From the NCBI GenBank assembly GCA_040285825.1, contig JAUPSS010000001.1, positions 1,240,001 through 1,304,000 of the forward strand: a stretch of 64,000 bases of DNA, written 5' to 3'. The first letter of the stretch is position 1; each line of letters opens with the position of its first letter. This document shows positions 1 to 13,763 of the stretch, piece by piece. Source of the stretch: Eukaryota sp. TZLM1-RC (taxonomy: Eukaryota; Protista; Metamonada: BaSk clade). Made by a program: the position numbers and the translations under genes. The notes under the pieces were generated by a model. The model searched no databases. It was given only the letters and a program-made list of their open reading frames with translations, and was not told the origin of the DNA.

Positions 1-885
1 GCATCTCAGTTACGAAGCCACATTTTTTTGTGGTACAAATTTTTGGTGGTGTTGATTTTCATAAGTCAAGCTACCTTTGTAAAGCTGCCTTTATCGAAGG
101 TGGTAAAAATTTTATTTATGAATTTGTGAATCGTTTTCCTGAAAAAAATTGGTCTCATTGAAAATTGTGGCAGCACTTATCTTATTTCTTTGCAACAGGA
201 AATTGAAACTCTTTCACCCAATATTTGGTCTCAATGTTTCCCCTCTGGTATTGTGGAACTCCCTCCAAGAAGCTTGCTCTCCTTACCACTGACTTTTTGC
301 AAAATTGCAGAAAAAAATCTTGAAAGTTTTTAGAAAACTGGGCTATATTGTACGTCTTAGCTTGGCTAAAGAAAAAAATCCCGTTTTTGCAAACTTCTTG
401 ATTGATCTTGAAGACAGTTGCTCAAGTTGCCTAATTTCCCAAATTCCCAACATTTGTGGCCTTCTACTTAATGATTACCAATGGACCACTGCAATTGGAA
501 TGAGATGTTTTCTATGGCCTTGTACTTTACCAAATGATTTAATTTGTCGCTGCAAGAGTGTTGTTACGCTTTCCCATATTTTAAACTGTCAGTATTTCAT
601 AACTTATGGCTCAATTGTTCATGACTCAGTTCGTGATCAATTATATGCCATGTGCAAAAAGTTTCAATATAGAGGCATTTATTGAGCCACTAGTACGTAA
701 GCTGTCTTCAGATCAAACTGATGATTCCTTTGGTAAAAAAAGGGCAGATTTAGTAGCTCCAGGGATCGATGGTGTTCTCAATGTTGTAGATGTTGTCTCA
801 GTTGATGTTTGCAAAAAAATTCTGCTGCTCGTTTAGTGTATTCCGCTGATTCGCCGTTATCTAACGCCGAAAAAGAAGAAAATTG
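1..885 (+). mobile_element. Non-LTR retrotransposon fragment (family B; post-RT region, CCHC and RLE endonuclease start), cut by the window edge and 3'-truncated
   Basis: Near-identical to 20696-21560 apart from homopolymer lengths; encodes CRCKSVVTLSHILNC and RADLVAPG..DVVSVD. Confidence 0.9.
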
Positions 886-1047
886 TTTGCAAGTTATCTT
901 TAAAAGAATGCCATGGTTCCGCTAAGCAATGCCTGTTTTCAACTGAACTTGTTGAATGTGATGAAAATACTGCTCAACTTAATAAGCTCCATTCTTTTGA
1001 AGTTGTTAAATACCCTGAACCTAATGGAAGCAGAATCCCCTACCTAA

Positions 1048-4000
1048 TTTTTTTTTACCAAAATTTTAATTTTATTTAAAAACCTATAAATCAACATCTA
1101 AAAATCCATCTCTCCCAAAAACACTAGATGCAACTCTCCCATAGTGAGATCCATGAGAGAGCAAAGTGTCAGAAACCATCTTCAACATCCCCTTAAAAAT
1201 TGAAAAACACAATTCTATTTTGCCGAAACAATCTGTTGAAATTTCTGCCAGTTCTTCTCTTTACAATCATTTCAAAATCATCCAAAAAAACGTAAAAGCA
1301 GTTGGTGCCAGTGAACCAAAAAGGGAAAATGCAAATGGATACAAATTGTATTTTTGCATGCTGTAGACTGGCCAATTTGGACAAAAGGTTCATTGTATTT
1401 TTGAGTTTGAAATTTTCAGCATTTGAAATTGAATTATGAATTTCAGAATTTACTAGCCTTTCATTTGAGGCATTACAAAAATCAACAGACATTACATCTT
1501 ATAAAATGAAACTTCCATTTAAACCAGGTAATATGACATCAGCTCTATTATTCTTATGAAAATCATCTTCAGCATCAAACAGACTTGACAACAGAGGTTC
1601 CAAGAAAGATTCAATTCTATGAAATTTACACATACAATATAACTGGTCTCTTGCAGCATCATGAACCTTGTTTCTGAAAGTAATAAAATGTTTACAATTT
1701 AACAAATGAGTAGTTGTAATTTCTCGAGAACATTTACAAATAAAATTATGAGATAAATTATCAGGCCAGATAAAAGGAACGAAATCTCATATTCAGAGTT
1801 CAAGCAGACTCGGTTAAGAGAGTACCATAAACTTGGGGAATTGTTGTTACTTAGGCAGAAGAAGTACTGTCACACATATCTTGTAAAAGATTTGCAAAAG
1901 CGGGATTCTTATTTGGCCAAGCCAGGTCTAACATCAAATTTCAAGCATTCAAAAAAATCTTTGACAATTTTTGTTGAAGCTTTTTACAGCAAAACTGTAA
2001 ATTAAATAGAGATCGGTTTGGAATTTCTTGAATTGATTGAGGAAAACATTTGGTCCAAATTTGTGGCGGCAATTTTTCCAAGTTCACAAGATAACTCATA
2101 CAAATAGGGACTACAATTGGGGACTAACAGATGAGAATCATCAGGAAATCTACGAGAAAATTCATAAATAAAATTTTTGCCACCGCCCAAGAATGCTGAT
2201 TGACACAAAATTGAAGATTTAGTAAATCCAATACCCCCAAATTTGCTGAAGAAAATAAGTAACTTTTTCAACATTCCTGGTTCTACATCCAATAAATCAG
2301 CAAAAAAATTCTGTTCTCAATGAATTGAATGAACGACAAAAAAATCTAATGCTATGGAAGGAGCACAAGATCTCAAAAATGTGGATTATTCTCCCAGTGT
2401 AGCAAAGTTTAAGCATGAAAAATTTAATTTGCTTTTTCTATATCTAAAGAAGAAATTGAATCAAGTTCAATTTTCATTTTTTCCAAAATAACTTGCAATT
2501 CATTCTGAATTTGAGGCACGTTTCCTAACCAACAACCAAAGGAACTTAAAAAGCATCACTACTATAATTAGTAAAAGGGATAATAAAAAAATCGTTTATC
2601 ACGAGATCTTGAGCAGAAAAGCCAATCAGAAGGCATTTGCTCGCATTAAGATGAAGCCCAATATTTTCATATGAATCGGCAATTTCTTGAGCAACCAATT
2701 CTAGTAAATCAAATGAACCAATCAAGGATATATCATCCATATAAGCAACTATTTTTTTAAAGATGGGTATTTTTGCTTAATGATATTTAAAGTTTTGTGA
2801 ATAGCTAAACAAAACAATAATGGGCCTAAAGGATCTCCCTGCTTCACTCCAGAAGATGATTCAAGAGCAAATGAATTAAAAACTAAATCTGATTCTTTCC
2901 CATAAAAATGGTAGAAAAACTCGATAGCTCAGGAAAATCAGTTTCAATAACTTCAAAAATTGCTTCTCGTTTTACAGAATTAAAAGCATTGTTGAAGTCG
3001 AGATTAAAAATAAAATTATTTTCCTCTGCATTAAAAAGGTATAAGAGGCAATAGCAGCAACAGAAGCACCATCAATTGTTTTTGATTCCAAATTGATGAG
3101 GATTCAAAAAAATGTAGAAGCTTTGTCTTTGACACGATCGAAGACAATTGATGCCAGCAAACGAGAAAGAGATTCACCAACAGCAATTGGGCGTATTCCA
3201 TCAGGTTTGATTCCGTTTCCAGGCTTTTACCAAAGCAATCAGACGTGCTGCGAGTAATTCAAATGGAGGATTAATTTTCAAAACAATTAATTGTTGAAAA
3301 TAATGGGCTAGATCATCAGCAATTTCGGGAACACTGGAACACGCTATTTTTAAGAGATCAAAAGAAATTCCAGATGGGCCTGCAGCTTTCCCCTTTGGTA
3401 ATTTTTGAATAGCTTTAAGAACTTCAATTGCAGTAATAGGATTTTCAATCCAAAAAGGACACACATCAGGCTTGCTGCACTTGAAATTTTCTTGAGGATG
3501 CAACTTTTTGAAGTTTTTCAAGGGTATCAGAGTTTACATCAGCCAAAGAAGAGGAAAACAAGGACTACTTTGCGGCACCATAACGACCACGTAAGCACAA
3601 TTTTCGGCAAATTTTTTGATTTTTAAAAATTTTTCTATTTCCAAATTTCTTCTTAATACAATTTTTAATTTTTTTCTAGCAAAATATTTCCAGAAGGATG
3701 AAATATTCCACTTATTATTTTTCAATTCAGAAGTAAGATTTTTCATTTCCATTGAGAAGGGATTGTGCTGGCGGGACTTATTTCTACTGGGATCCGGATC
3801 GGGGGTCTTACGGTATCAACGGCGTTACAATTCGTACAAAAACAGAAGTTTTTCGACCATTTCTTGAATCTGCAACATCTTTTTGCAAAATGGACAACAA
3901 AAATTACTGTTTTCAGAAGGGGAAGAAGAGGGAACACTAGAAGCATTTAACTGTTGATCGTCAGAAACATTATTTTCAGCACTTTTCACAACGGCAACAG

Positions 4001-4555
4001 CTGGAACAGAACATTCGAAAATTTGTTGAGCAGATTTTAATTCAAATTCTCTTTTTGGTTTTTTCAGGGCACGTTCTCGAATTGTGACCACTGATACCAC
4101 AAATCGAACATTTTTTAGAACCTTTTAATGGCAGTGGTTTTATTTTTTCAGTACTTTCTATTTTGTCAATTTGTGAGTTAAAAGTAGAAATAGACTTTTG
4201 ACTTTTTGCAGTTTCAGCTGGAGAAAACAAATTTCGAGAAACGGAGTTGTTAATAGAACGCGCAACGGAACGTAAGGAACGTAATTTTGGTTTTTGTGTG
4301 TTTTTTCTGGTACAATGATCAGTTTTTGAATGAAAATTTTTTTGAGATGAATTTCGAGCATAGCTTGCATTGTGGGGAGAGTGGTTAAGTGAAAGAGATG
4401 AGCTTGTTCTGACTGGTAGAATCTTCGCTTGGGCGTTCCAATCAGTATCAGAGTCACTATCAGCCAAAGGCATCGTTTTGACAGAGAAACTTTACGACTT
4501 TGACGCCTTGACAGAAAGTGAAATATGAAAGGGTTGACTAAGGGAGGGAGAAAAA
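1048..4555 (-). mobile_element. Near full-length RLE-type (CRE-like) non-LTR retrotransposon, family A, frameshifted
   Basis: Minus-strand ORF pieces in order: ATG at 4473, CCHC knuckle CSICGISGHNSRTC, KAAGPSG, RPIAVGE, LDFNNAFNS, GVKQGDPLGP, YMDD (~2735-2743), C-terminal Cys/His finger, RADVILP (RLE). AATAAA and an A-tract lie near 1050-1075 on the minus strand. Confidence 0.9.
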
Positions 4556-4561
4556 AAAAGA

Positions 4562-4695
4562 TCCAATGAATAACAGAAGCTTTAGCTAGACAGCAAGCAG
4601 ATCAAGATTTTGTAGATCAAATCGTGGTATAATGGTATTCGTCCCGTTAGTTATGAATTAATTTAATTGAGTGTACATGTTCAATAAATATTTAT
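4562..4695 (+). mobile_element. Short 3' end of non-LTR family C
   Basis: Matches 19890-20017 (agaagctttagctagacagcaagcagatcaag ... caataaata). Confidence 0.75.
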
Positions 4696-5677
4696 TTTAC
4701 TCATCAATTGCGCAAGCTGCTCATGTGGTTTTTGGAAATTGATTTCTTTCTTCAAGGCCACTCTTGATTGTAAAAAAGAGAAGAGTGCATAATTTTGTGC
4801 TGGCGAGGTCTATTACAGATATGAATGACCCATTGTATCAATATTGAATTAAATTGAACTACAAAACATTCTATAAAATACAATCGATGAAATTGACTGC
4901 TCCACGAATGCTTCAGAAACATCCTGAATTGGTTGTTTTTCTCGCCATCTCATTCTCATTTTCGATGTCAAAAACCGAGACAATGTATCAATGATGGTGA
5001 AATGAATTCGTCAAAACTATAAAACGATATCAGATTGAAATCACTATTAACATTTTCAAAGGTCTACGTTGACAACAAGGAATCCAGCCCCATTACTGTA
5101 ATGAACCATAATTGTGACATTATTGGTATAGGGTTATTGTTAGTAAGACAAAAATTTAAGTCAAATCAGCGTTAATAAGCAGAAATCAGAATGTTACACT
5201 GATGACATATGTCTACTTTTGGCGAAATTGAGTAGAAACAAATAAAAGCAGAAAACACAATGGAATCGAAAATCTCCGCATTGTGATGTCTAGAGACCAA
5301 ATTGGTTATGTAGGGGTAACATTCGCCAGAAATGAGCACTGATCGATCCACCAACATAATTCAATAGCTGTTGAAAGTGAGAAGCATAGAAAAACAAAAG
5401 CATATCACAGCAGGTTTATTCTAAGACAACACATCATATGATACAGTATCAGTATTATTGGAAATAGCCATGTGCATTGGAAAGCAAAAATACCTAAATG
5501 GATCAAAAACATAGATGGACTTTGGTAAGTCCAACTTTATAAGTGCCTGCAACATTCAGTTGAGATGTTAAGAAAAATGATGATTTATTTTCTATTCATT
5601 TTACAAAAGCCTAAAAGCCATCAGTTATTCTGTTCTACCATAAAAAAACACAATGATTTATGTACAAAACTCGAAAT

Positions 5678-6570
5678 TTATTTACAAAACGCATAAACTG
5701 TATTAAACGATCTATCCTCAGCAAAGGCAATTGATCTCTTTACCAATTGTGTAATAATCTGGGCTCTTACATCTTCTCCCTTGTATTCAAAAAGGAAGAA
5801 GTGAACCCTTTGCATATTTTGAAAACCCTCTTTAATCTTCTTTGGGTCTCTTATCAACCTAATTGGTTGACACATCTTGTGCAGTTTTGACAAGACTTGC
5901 TGAATAATGACTCTTGCATACAAATGGGCAAAAAGGAATAGAATCCTCTGGCTGGGGTTGGGTTTGGTTTTTCAATGCAGTCATATTTTTGTTTAAGGGA
6001 TATCAATTCCTGGATAGTCATTTCATCTGAAAGCTTGCTTCCCCATTGTTCAGACAATTCCACTGCTTTCTCCTCGAGGCGCCGCTCTAGGGATCAAAAG
6101 GTTCTATTAAGTCATCTTCAGGGGTCACTGTCTGAATCTGAGGAATCTGGTAATATCTGAGTATCGGGTGGAGCAACGGACGGTGGTGTAACCCTCAGAT
6201 TTGAAAGCCCAAAAGATGGAAATACGTTGGATGGAGCAGCACGGTTGGGGTTTTTCATTAACAGGGTATTGTGATCGGAAAGAACCTCTGCTTTGGGTTG
6301 CTGGGATGAATGACCAAAAGATGGAAATGTGTTCTTGTTTGGTTGTATTGGTACTTGTGGGTTAGCCTGGTCATCACTGTAAGACAGCTCATCTGAGCTA
6401 GAAGAACTATCATCAACTACTATCTGATAACGTTGTGACGGGTTTCCTTGAGAATTAACCTCATCATGTACTATGACTTTTTGTGATGTCTCAGGACGAT
6501 AGTCCTGATGTTCCAGGCTAGAATCACCATCATCAATGACTTTTTGTTAGGGTTGTGAAACATCGAGGAA
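5678..6570 (-). pseudogene. Disrupted paralogue of the unknown protein at 31764-32765
   Basis: Shares EQWGSKLSDEMTI..LISLK, YARVIIQQVLSKLHKMC and RSIAFAEDRSFNTVYAFCK; split over several frames. Confidence 0.75.
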
Positions 6571-6621
6571 CAAAATATCGAAATTTCAATTCTGTGATTT
6601 TTCATTTCAAAATGAACATTT

Positions 6622-6890
6622 GTTTTTCGTTCTGACTATGGAAGAGATATTTACTGTGATTGGATTGATAATTCTGAAGCTATTGTTGACTTTGTCTCAT
6701 GTTATGTTGCAAAATGATATTTTTGAAAACTTAATCCTGTGACTGCTCTTGATTTTTAAAGCAAAAAGAGAAACATAGAAAATATGATGAAGATATTGAA
6801 CAAGCTAATGTTGGTAGAAATGCACAGCTGGTTTGTATTGCGGTCCCATTTTCAATAAACGGATGATTATAAGTTGAAGCAGAAACTTTG
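6622..6890 (+). mobile_element. Decayed non-LTR family C fragment (RLE region)
   Basis: Similar to 19505-19780 (tactgtgattggattgataattctgaa...aaacatagaaaatatgat). Confidence 0.7.
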
Positions 6891-7097
6891 CGTTGTAAAT
6901 AGTGTATTCAATTTTGTTGAAACATTATGTTTTGAATTACATATATCACAAACATATCTTGATAATACGGTTTACATAAAATATTTGTAAGTCAACAGAC
7001 CTGGAAGGATTTTGGACAACAATGGTTGAAATAGTAATGAAGAAGGGAAATATATTCATTCAGTTATTTGCAACAATAACTTTCAATAACTTTCAAA

Positions 7098-7748
7098 GTG
7101 CATAATAACGTCAGGGACCAAATTTATGTAATGTGCAAATCATATCGTGTAGATTCCTTTTTAGAACCGCTGTTATCAAAATTAATTCTTGATGATCCCA
7201 ATATTGATAGTACGCGTTACAACAGAGCTTCTATGGGTCTGACTAGAGGTGATTTAGTTGTTCCTGGTTTAAATGGTAGTTTAACTATTTTGGACGCCAT
7301 GTCTATTGACCCTTGTAATTCCTCTAACGAACATTTCATTAACTCGGATGTAAATAATCCTCTTCTTGCAGGCGAAAAATATAAAATTGCTAAATATGCG
7401 AAACCCATTTCCTCGGTTAATGAAAATTCTCATGCCCAATATAATTTATGTCCATTTGTTTTTTCTTTGCTTGGATCTCTAGGTAAGGCTGCTATGGCTT
7501 TCCTTGAGGATTTTGTTGTAGTTGTAAAGGAAAGAACTGGAAGAATTTTCAATCGTGTTTACTGGCAAAAACAGGATTGTATTTTCTATTTTTAAGGGTA
7601 TGGTAACACTAATTTCTGATTCACTATCTTCTTTTGGGAAATTTTCTGAATCTTTAGCGATTAATTGTTTTGATGTAGGGAGGCAGGTTTTGAGGATGTG
7701 GAGTTTTAATTGTGTATTTCATATTTGTTGTTGAATAAAAAAATAAAT
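7098..7748 (+). mobile_element. 5'-truncated non-LTR copy, family E (RLE domain plus 3' end)
   Basis: HNNVRD..EPLL..RGDLVVPG..D..EKYKIAKY..PFVFS; AATAAA and A-tract at ~7734-7748. Confidence 0.85.
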
Positions 7749-8976
7749 AGTTCAAAAATAACTTTCAATTGTGTTTTTTGAGAAGATTATACAACGTCCC
7801 AACTGAAACAATTTGCAGAAATTATTGCTTTACTCAGTTTTCACTCATTGAGCGCATTTTGAATCACATTACGGAAACTATAACAATAGATTTGCTATTC
7901 AAGTGAATATCAAAAATCGCTTGCCATTTGATTGATGCGGTTTGTAGTAGGTGACAGTATTGATTTAGGTTGTTGGTTGAGTTGTAAAAATGTGATTGGG
8001 CCAGGAATAACTGTGAATTGTTTGAAAAGGCAAAGCATCAAATTCTCAAAACCAAAGTTCGTAAGATTTCAACATGATATCCTTCTGGTTCAGGGTCCGT
8101 TGATTTTCAATTGATTACTCCTGAAACTTATCAGAGATTCTGAATCGCATCTGACCAAAGACTCAATAATCCAATGGAGTGTCGCATATGAAGGTAAGGA
8201 TTTTGAAACAATTATAGTGATTGCGAATGGAGGACCTGATGCTGGTCAATTTTTGAAGACTATGTACGAGAACATCTCGATCAGAAGATGAAAAGAGCTC
8301 TTTACTTCTGTCCATTAGCCGTTTTGGAAGCTGATTTTGATCCAGAATCATCGTTGATCGGCCGAGATTCAGTGAAACTTATTGGTCATTCTAATTATCG
8401 TCCTTTTGTTTGTTTTTACCTTTTCCAATCGTTCGAAATAAATTTTTCTGTATTTATTTGATGTTGGTAGTCTGAGACTATAAGGAAGTTTGTGTTCTTT
8501 GTTTCATATTAAAAATTTAACAAAACAATAATTCAGAGTGGAATTCAAGGACTGACCTTAATCTTCAGAATCTAGAACAAAAATCCATTTTTGGTCCAAT
8601 AATTTTGAATTTAATAGACCATTTACTACAAAGGCTAAAAATTGAACAACAACATTGAAACTGATGGTTTTTGCAGCCTGTATTGAGCTTGCATGAGAGC
8701 AATATATTGTCATATCCTTCGAAACTGATAGTGCACAGTTTGCAACCACTGAGAACTATTTGGATGATTTGGACGTTGAAATTCTATCATCAAAACACAA
8801 AGTACATATTGACCCTGGTAAAAGGGATTTACTTTATTTTTGTGGTCAAAACAGATTCAAACTTAATGCAAAAGTCCAAATAAAAAAGGATTAACAATAT
8901 GACTCGCTAATATTAACAAAATTGGAGTGGTCAAGGGTGTCGAGAATTCACCAAAGAAAAATAATAATTTATTTTA

Positions 8977-9386
8977 GGGAAAAGTACACATCTACCCATT
9001 TTTACAAAAAGTGGAACACGTCTCCCACCACAATAAAGTGAACACATCTACCCACTTTTTTACTGATAGGACTTCTTTGCAGATTGGACATGACAACAAC
9101 CTCTTCCGTTGTTGCTGAATCAACTAAAACTCTCAAACATAACGACACCGATTATCTCTTGAAAATCGGTTCCCTGGCTTCGATGAAAATCATAAAAGAA
9201 CTGATTCGGCTAGATTGTGTCCAGAGCAGTGCCTATTATGTCTACAAAAAGTCTGAACATACAAGAATTTATGCTCGTTGCAAAAATAAAAGATGTACGT
9301 TTGAATGCTATGCTACACGACCTAAATCCGCTTCTACAACAACTCCTTATGAGGTTAAGCGGTATAAAGCTCATTCCTGTGATGGC
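8977..9386 (+). mobile_element. Truncated Mutator-like (MULE) element: one TIR plus the transposase N-terminal zinc-finger
   Basis: Begins gggaaaagtacacatctaccca with internal ctaccca subrepeats, matching the reverse complement of the 43544 end; ORF 9084-9410 contains KSEHTRIYARC..RC..ECYA..HSC (MuDR DNA-binding-like). Confidence 0.8.
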
Positions 9387-9399
9387 ATTATGTTAAATA

Positions 9400-10278
9400 T
9401 TTGGCTATAGAAAAAAATACCGTTTTTGCAAACTTTTTGATTGATTTTAAAGACAGTTGCTCAAGTTGCCTAATCTCCCAAATTCCCAACATTTATTGCC
9501 TTCAACTTAATGATTGCCAATGGACCACTGCAATGGAAATGACATGTTTTCTATGGCCTTGTTCTTTACCAAATGATTTAATTTGTCGCTGCAAGAGTGT
9601 TGTTACGCTTTCCCAAATTTTAAACTGTAAGTATTTCATAACTTATCGCTCAATTGTTCATGACTCAGTCGGTGATCAATTATATGCCATGTGCAAAAGT
9701 TTCAATATAGAGGAATTTCTTGAGCCACTAGTACGTAAGCTGTCCTCAGATCAAACTGATGATTCCTTTGGGAAAAGAAGGGCAGATTGAGTAGCTCCAG
9801 GGATCGATGGTGTTCTCAATGTTATAGATGTTGTCTCAGTTGATCTTTGCAAAAATTCTGCTGCTTGTTTAGTGTATTCCGCTGATCCGCCGTTATCTAA
9901 CGCCGAAAAAGAAGATAAAAAAATATGAAGAACCTTTGGTACAGTTAGGTAGAGTGGAAACATGTGAAATACCAGTTTGAGCCGTTTGCAATTTCTCTTT
10001 TTCGCAATATTGGACCTTCAGGGTTGCACTTTTTTGAAAATTTCAAAATACTGTTACTGAATAGGTCTGGTAAAACAATGAACTCCACTTTCTGGTTAAA
10101 CAGAATTGTTTTTGTATTTTCAAGTCTATTCCAACAATGATTGCAAAAGGCACTTTTAGCCATTGGTGTAGAATATGAACAAAATGCTGTGAGTAGGTTT
10201 AGTAATAGTGACACTTGGTTGGAGGATATTGAATTCTAGATGGGTTTTTTTATCTCAATAAATAATCCAGTTAAAAAA
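9400..10278 (+). mobile_element. 5'-truncated non-LTR family B copy (diverged)
   Basis: Similar to 21050-21930; retains stop gaattcTAG, AATAAA and A-tract. Confidence 0.85.
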
Positions 10279-10289
10279 TTTAACTATAC

Positions 10290-10532
10290 GTTTTTAGCAG
10301 ATTTTGAAACGATTGGAAAAAAAGAAGAACTGACAGAAATTTCAACAGATTGTTTTGGGAAAAATAGAATTGTGTTGTCTATTGTTAAGGCAATGTTAAA
10401 GATGGTTTCTGATGCTTTGCTTTCTTATGGATCTTACCATGTGAGAGTTGCATGTAGCTGCTTTGTTCTGGGAGAGATAATTTATTGTGATATTGATTTA
10501 TAAGTTTTTATTAAATAAATGTTTATTAAAAA
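10290..10532 (+). mobile_element. Short 3' end of a family A-related non-LTR element (family F)
   Basis: Resembles the reverse complement of 1075-1260 (atggatct..gagagttgcat..gggagagat..gatttata); AATAAA and A-tract. Confidence 0.6.
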
Positions 10533-11505
10533 GGTTGTATAATTTAATGTTTGTTTCTGTTGTGTGTTTCGTCTTTTAAAATAATCTCTATTTTTTTCAG
10601 CAGATTCATGTAATTCATTAAACCATTCCAAAAAGGTATAAATGGCAATAGTGAGTGTGAATCAGTTGTCTCACTTAGTTAGTTTATTATGTTGAATGAT
10701 ACAAGCAGAAGAGACTAATGTGAACATAATTCAACTTAAACTATTAGAAAAATACTAGAAAGTATTAATTCTTGCTATTAGTAAAAAGAAGAGATAGGTC
10801 TTGTTGTCAGTTACCTCCATAGTATTGAGTTTGTTATAATAGTGCTGATGAGAATGTGACTTGAAACTTTTTATAGAGTTGATGCTCTTGCTTCCTCTAC
10901 TTAGTTTGTTAATTCAACAAACTACATGTTTTCCATTTGATTGATGTATATTTGGATTCTGGACTATAGAAACAATCATTAAACACAAATGTATCAGTAT
11001 TTTCTATTCAATCCTCGGCGCCGATTCATCGCAGTAAATAATTGTAAAACTTTACAATTACAAAAAAACAAACATTCGTAATTGTTTTGAGGTAAAAAGA
11101 CGAAAAAGTATTAATGTGGAGAGGGCTTTATTTTTATAAAATTTTGTTAATATATGCTATGTTGAAACTAAGACTAATAAAGCCTATATCAATCATTATC
11201 ATGGTCATAATATAGAAAAACTGAAAAATGAATAATAAACTAAATATTTGAAGAAATACATTGTGTTCGGCCGTGCTGCAATGCTACTTTAACAACAATA
11301 GTTTTGTCAATTTATGACTTAAAATGAAAAAGTTGAAATAGCATAAACAGAAATGTATCCAAATGATAGTTCGTAATTAGGAACAAACAATAAAATATCA
11401 AAAAAATTACTTATTAGATACCTAATAAAAACTAAAATAATTAAAATCAGCCAAAAATACCATCTTCATCCCAAAAATATTTACTAATAGTCTCAGTACA
11501 CAAAG

Positions 11506-12897
11506 TCATATCCTTATTAACAAACCCCTATAATGGTAAAGCTTACCGATTCTACTATCAACATTTCTTGACTTTAAAGGCTTAATTACCCCTGGTTTAT
11601 GAATCGTAGCATAAGCAGCATATTTGGTTCTCAACAAAAACTTACGAGAACCACCAGCAGAGATGCACATGTTACTACCATATTTGGCCAACGAAAGCTT
11701 ATCCCAGCAAGAGGGTTCAGTTTTTTCAGGGACTGGCATAATATTTGGGGGTGCTGATCCCTTGCTGATCCCTTCCTTGTCAGTGCAAAATTTCGTGGAA
11801 TATCGATGAGACCCAAAAGTGTATGCTCCTATTGAACTATCTGAGACTAATGATTCAAAGCTAATTCCATTGAGTACCAAAAATTCATCAAAATCAATAA
11901 AAAAGGTCCATTCGTAATCAATTGAGCGGAGAATACAGTCTAAGATCTGCAAATACTGGCCCCTGTACCAAACATCTTTCTTATTCTCAAACCAAGAAGG
12001 AATTGAAATTAAATTCAAATTAAAAGAATCATTTTGAATTAGAGTTTTTAAAGTTTCTCCTTCTGTTTCATCAAAATTATGAGGTACATACAGTGACAGT
12101 GCATTTAAATTAAAGTTATCTATATAATAATTGATCCAAATTGCTACCCTGCTCAAATCAGCATTGAATAACGTAGGAACACAAGCAGATATACCCTTAG
12201 GGTTAGGGTTGGGGTTGGGGTTAGGGTTAGAAATGGAGATTACTACTGAATCATGGTCAATTGATTTAAGACCAATCCGAACCTGTTCTGGAATACTGTT
12301 GCTTTTGGTTAATTTGAAATGCCACATGAAGGCCGAATAGGCAATCTTGTTCTTCTTACTTACATGTTTATGCTGAAATTTGCATTCCCTCTCCTCATCT
12401 TCCGGGAACTCACACGTGAGGGTAACATGTTGGGAATCGGATAGAGGTTGAAGTCCAACTATAGCAAGTCTGGTTTCTGTCATGATTGTGGCTCTGTAGA
12501 TATAGTAACGACCTAGTTGAGTTGCCTTGAGATCGTCAAAGTGGAGAGAAGATAGGTCAGGTTCAGGGTTGGGGTTCATTGGTTCTGATTTCTTCGGGTT
12601 ATCCACAACTTCTTTTTTTGGTTTTAAACTAGATGTTTTTGGCCTGGGAGGCGAAGGTTTAGGTGGTGGATCTTGGTTGGAGGCAGGGTCAGGGTTAGGA
12701 TTAGGATTAGGATTGGGGTTTTCTGGAGGGGAAGTTGAGGGATTAATGGGTAATGTCTCTAATGATGAAGAATCAACCATTTCAGGGAGACCATCATGAG
12801 ATTTATTTATAACAAAAAAAGCTATGGAAAATGTACATACAAGGATAAGTATCCATGCAGAAACTGTGAAACGGGCTAAAAAAGCAGAGCGTTTCAT
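11506..12897 (-). CDS. Type II membrane GT-A glycosyltransferase, GT92/DUF23-like
   Basis: N-terminal TM helix, Pro/Asn-rich stem, ISACVPTLF, QILDC, WTFFIDFDEFL (DxD), C-terminal HYR. Confidence 0.7.
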   Translation of the reverse strand: MKRSAFLARFTVSAWILILVCTFSIAFFVINKSHDGLPEMVDSSSLETLPINPSTSPPENPNPNPNPNPDPASNQDPPPKPSPPRPKTSSLKPKKEVVDNPKKSEPMNPNPEPDLSSLHFDDLKATQLGRYYIYRATIMTETRLAIVGLQPLSDSQHVTLTCEFPEDEERECKFQHKHVSKKNKIAYSAFMWHFKLTKSNSIPEQVRIGLKSIDHDSVVISISNPNPNPNPNPKGISACVPTLFNADLSRVAIWINYYIDNFNLNALSLYVPHNFDETEGETLKTLIQNDSFNLNLISIPSWFENKKDVWYRGQYLQILDCILRSIDYEWTFFIDFDEFLVLNGISFESLVSDSSIGAYTFGSHRYSTKFCTDKEGISKGSAPPNIMPVPEKTEPSCWDKLSLAKYGSNMCISAGGSRKFLLRTKYAAYATIHKPGVIKPLKSRNVDSRIGKLYHYRGLLIRI

Positions 12898-12995
12898 TGA
12901 CTGGAAAGAGAAAACAGTTGTTAACCTTTGAAGGGCTTTGAAGGGGAGGGAGTGGTGTCAGCTGATGCTACTGTCCTCAAAGTCAATCAAAAAGT

Positions 12996-13703
12996 TTGCA
13001 AAAACCTACTACCAATTTCCGTCATATTGTGAGCTGTAAGAAATTTCTCCAATATAGGTCAGTTCTTCATAATGCCGTTCGTGATGTGACATATGAGATG
13101 TTCAAGTGTTACAATTTTGGTTGCAAGGTAGAACCTTTGTTGAAGCATAATAGTGATGATAATCTGTTTAATTCACGTCGAGGTGATTTAATTGCTCCTT
13201 TTGTGGATTCCTCTCAAGTTGTTGTTGTTGATTTCACTACAGTTGATCCCTTTGCTTTTATTTATCGCGATGATGTTTTACTTAGTACTAATGGTCATTT
13301 GAACAAGGCTGAAGATCGTAAGAGATAAATATACTGAGATATTAAATGATTTAAATAAGAACCTTTACTCGAAGTTTTCGTTTGTTCCTTTTGCCTTTTC
13401 GATTTTTGGCAATATTGGACAATCTGCCTTGAATTTTTATCAATGATTTTTGGTAATTTATGTCGTTCAAGTGGTAAGAATTTAACAGAGAATTATGGAA
13501 AAATCGTATCATTTTCGCTTTGTACAGAAGTGTTCCCAAGTACTTGAGTTTAATGATGTCCAAACTTTATAAGGATTCATCAAGACTTGGCGTGGAGAAT
13601 TTAGTTTCTTATGTGTTTTAGTTTGTTTTGTTTTTATTTGATTCTTCGTAGAAAATATATAAATATATAATAATAAATATGAAAATCAAAAAATAAAAAA
13701 AAA
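12996..13703 (+). mobile_element. 5'-truncated non-LTR family D copy (RLE domain, 3' UTR, A-tail)
   Basis: HIVSC..HNAVRD..VEPLL..RGDLIAP..VDFT..AEDRK; AATAAA and A-tract 13672-13703. Confidence 0.9.
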
Positions 13704-13763
13704 GAATATCTGTCACCCCAACCATCTCTCCTTTCGCCTTTAACATCATTGTCTTATTTGCCG

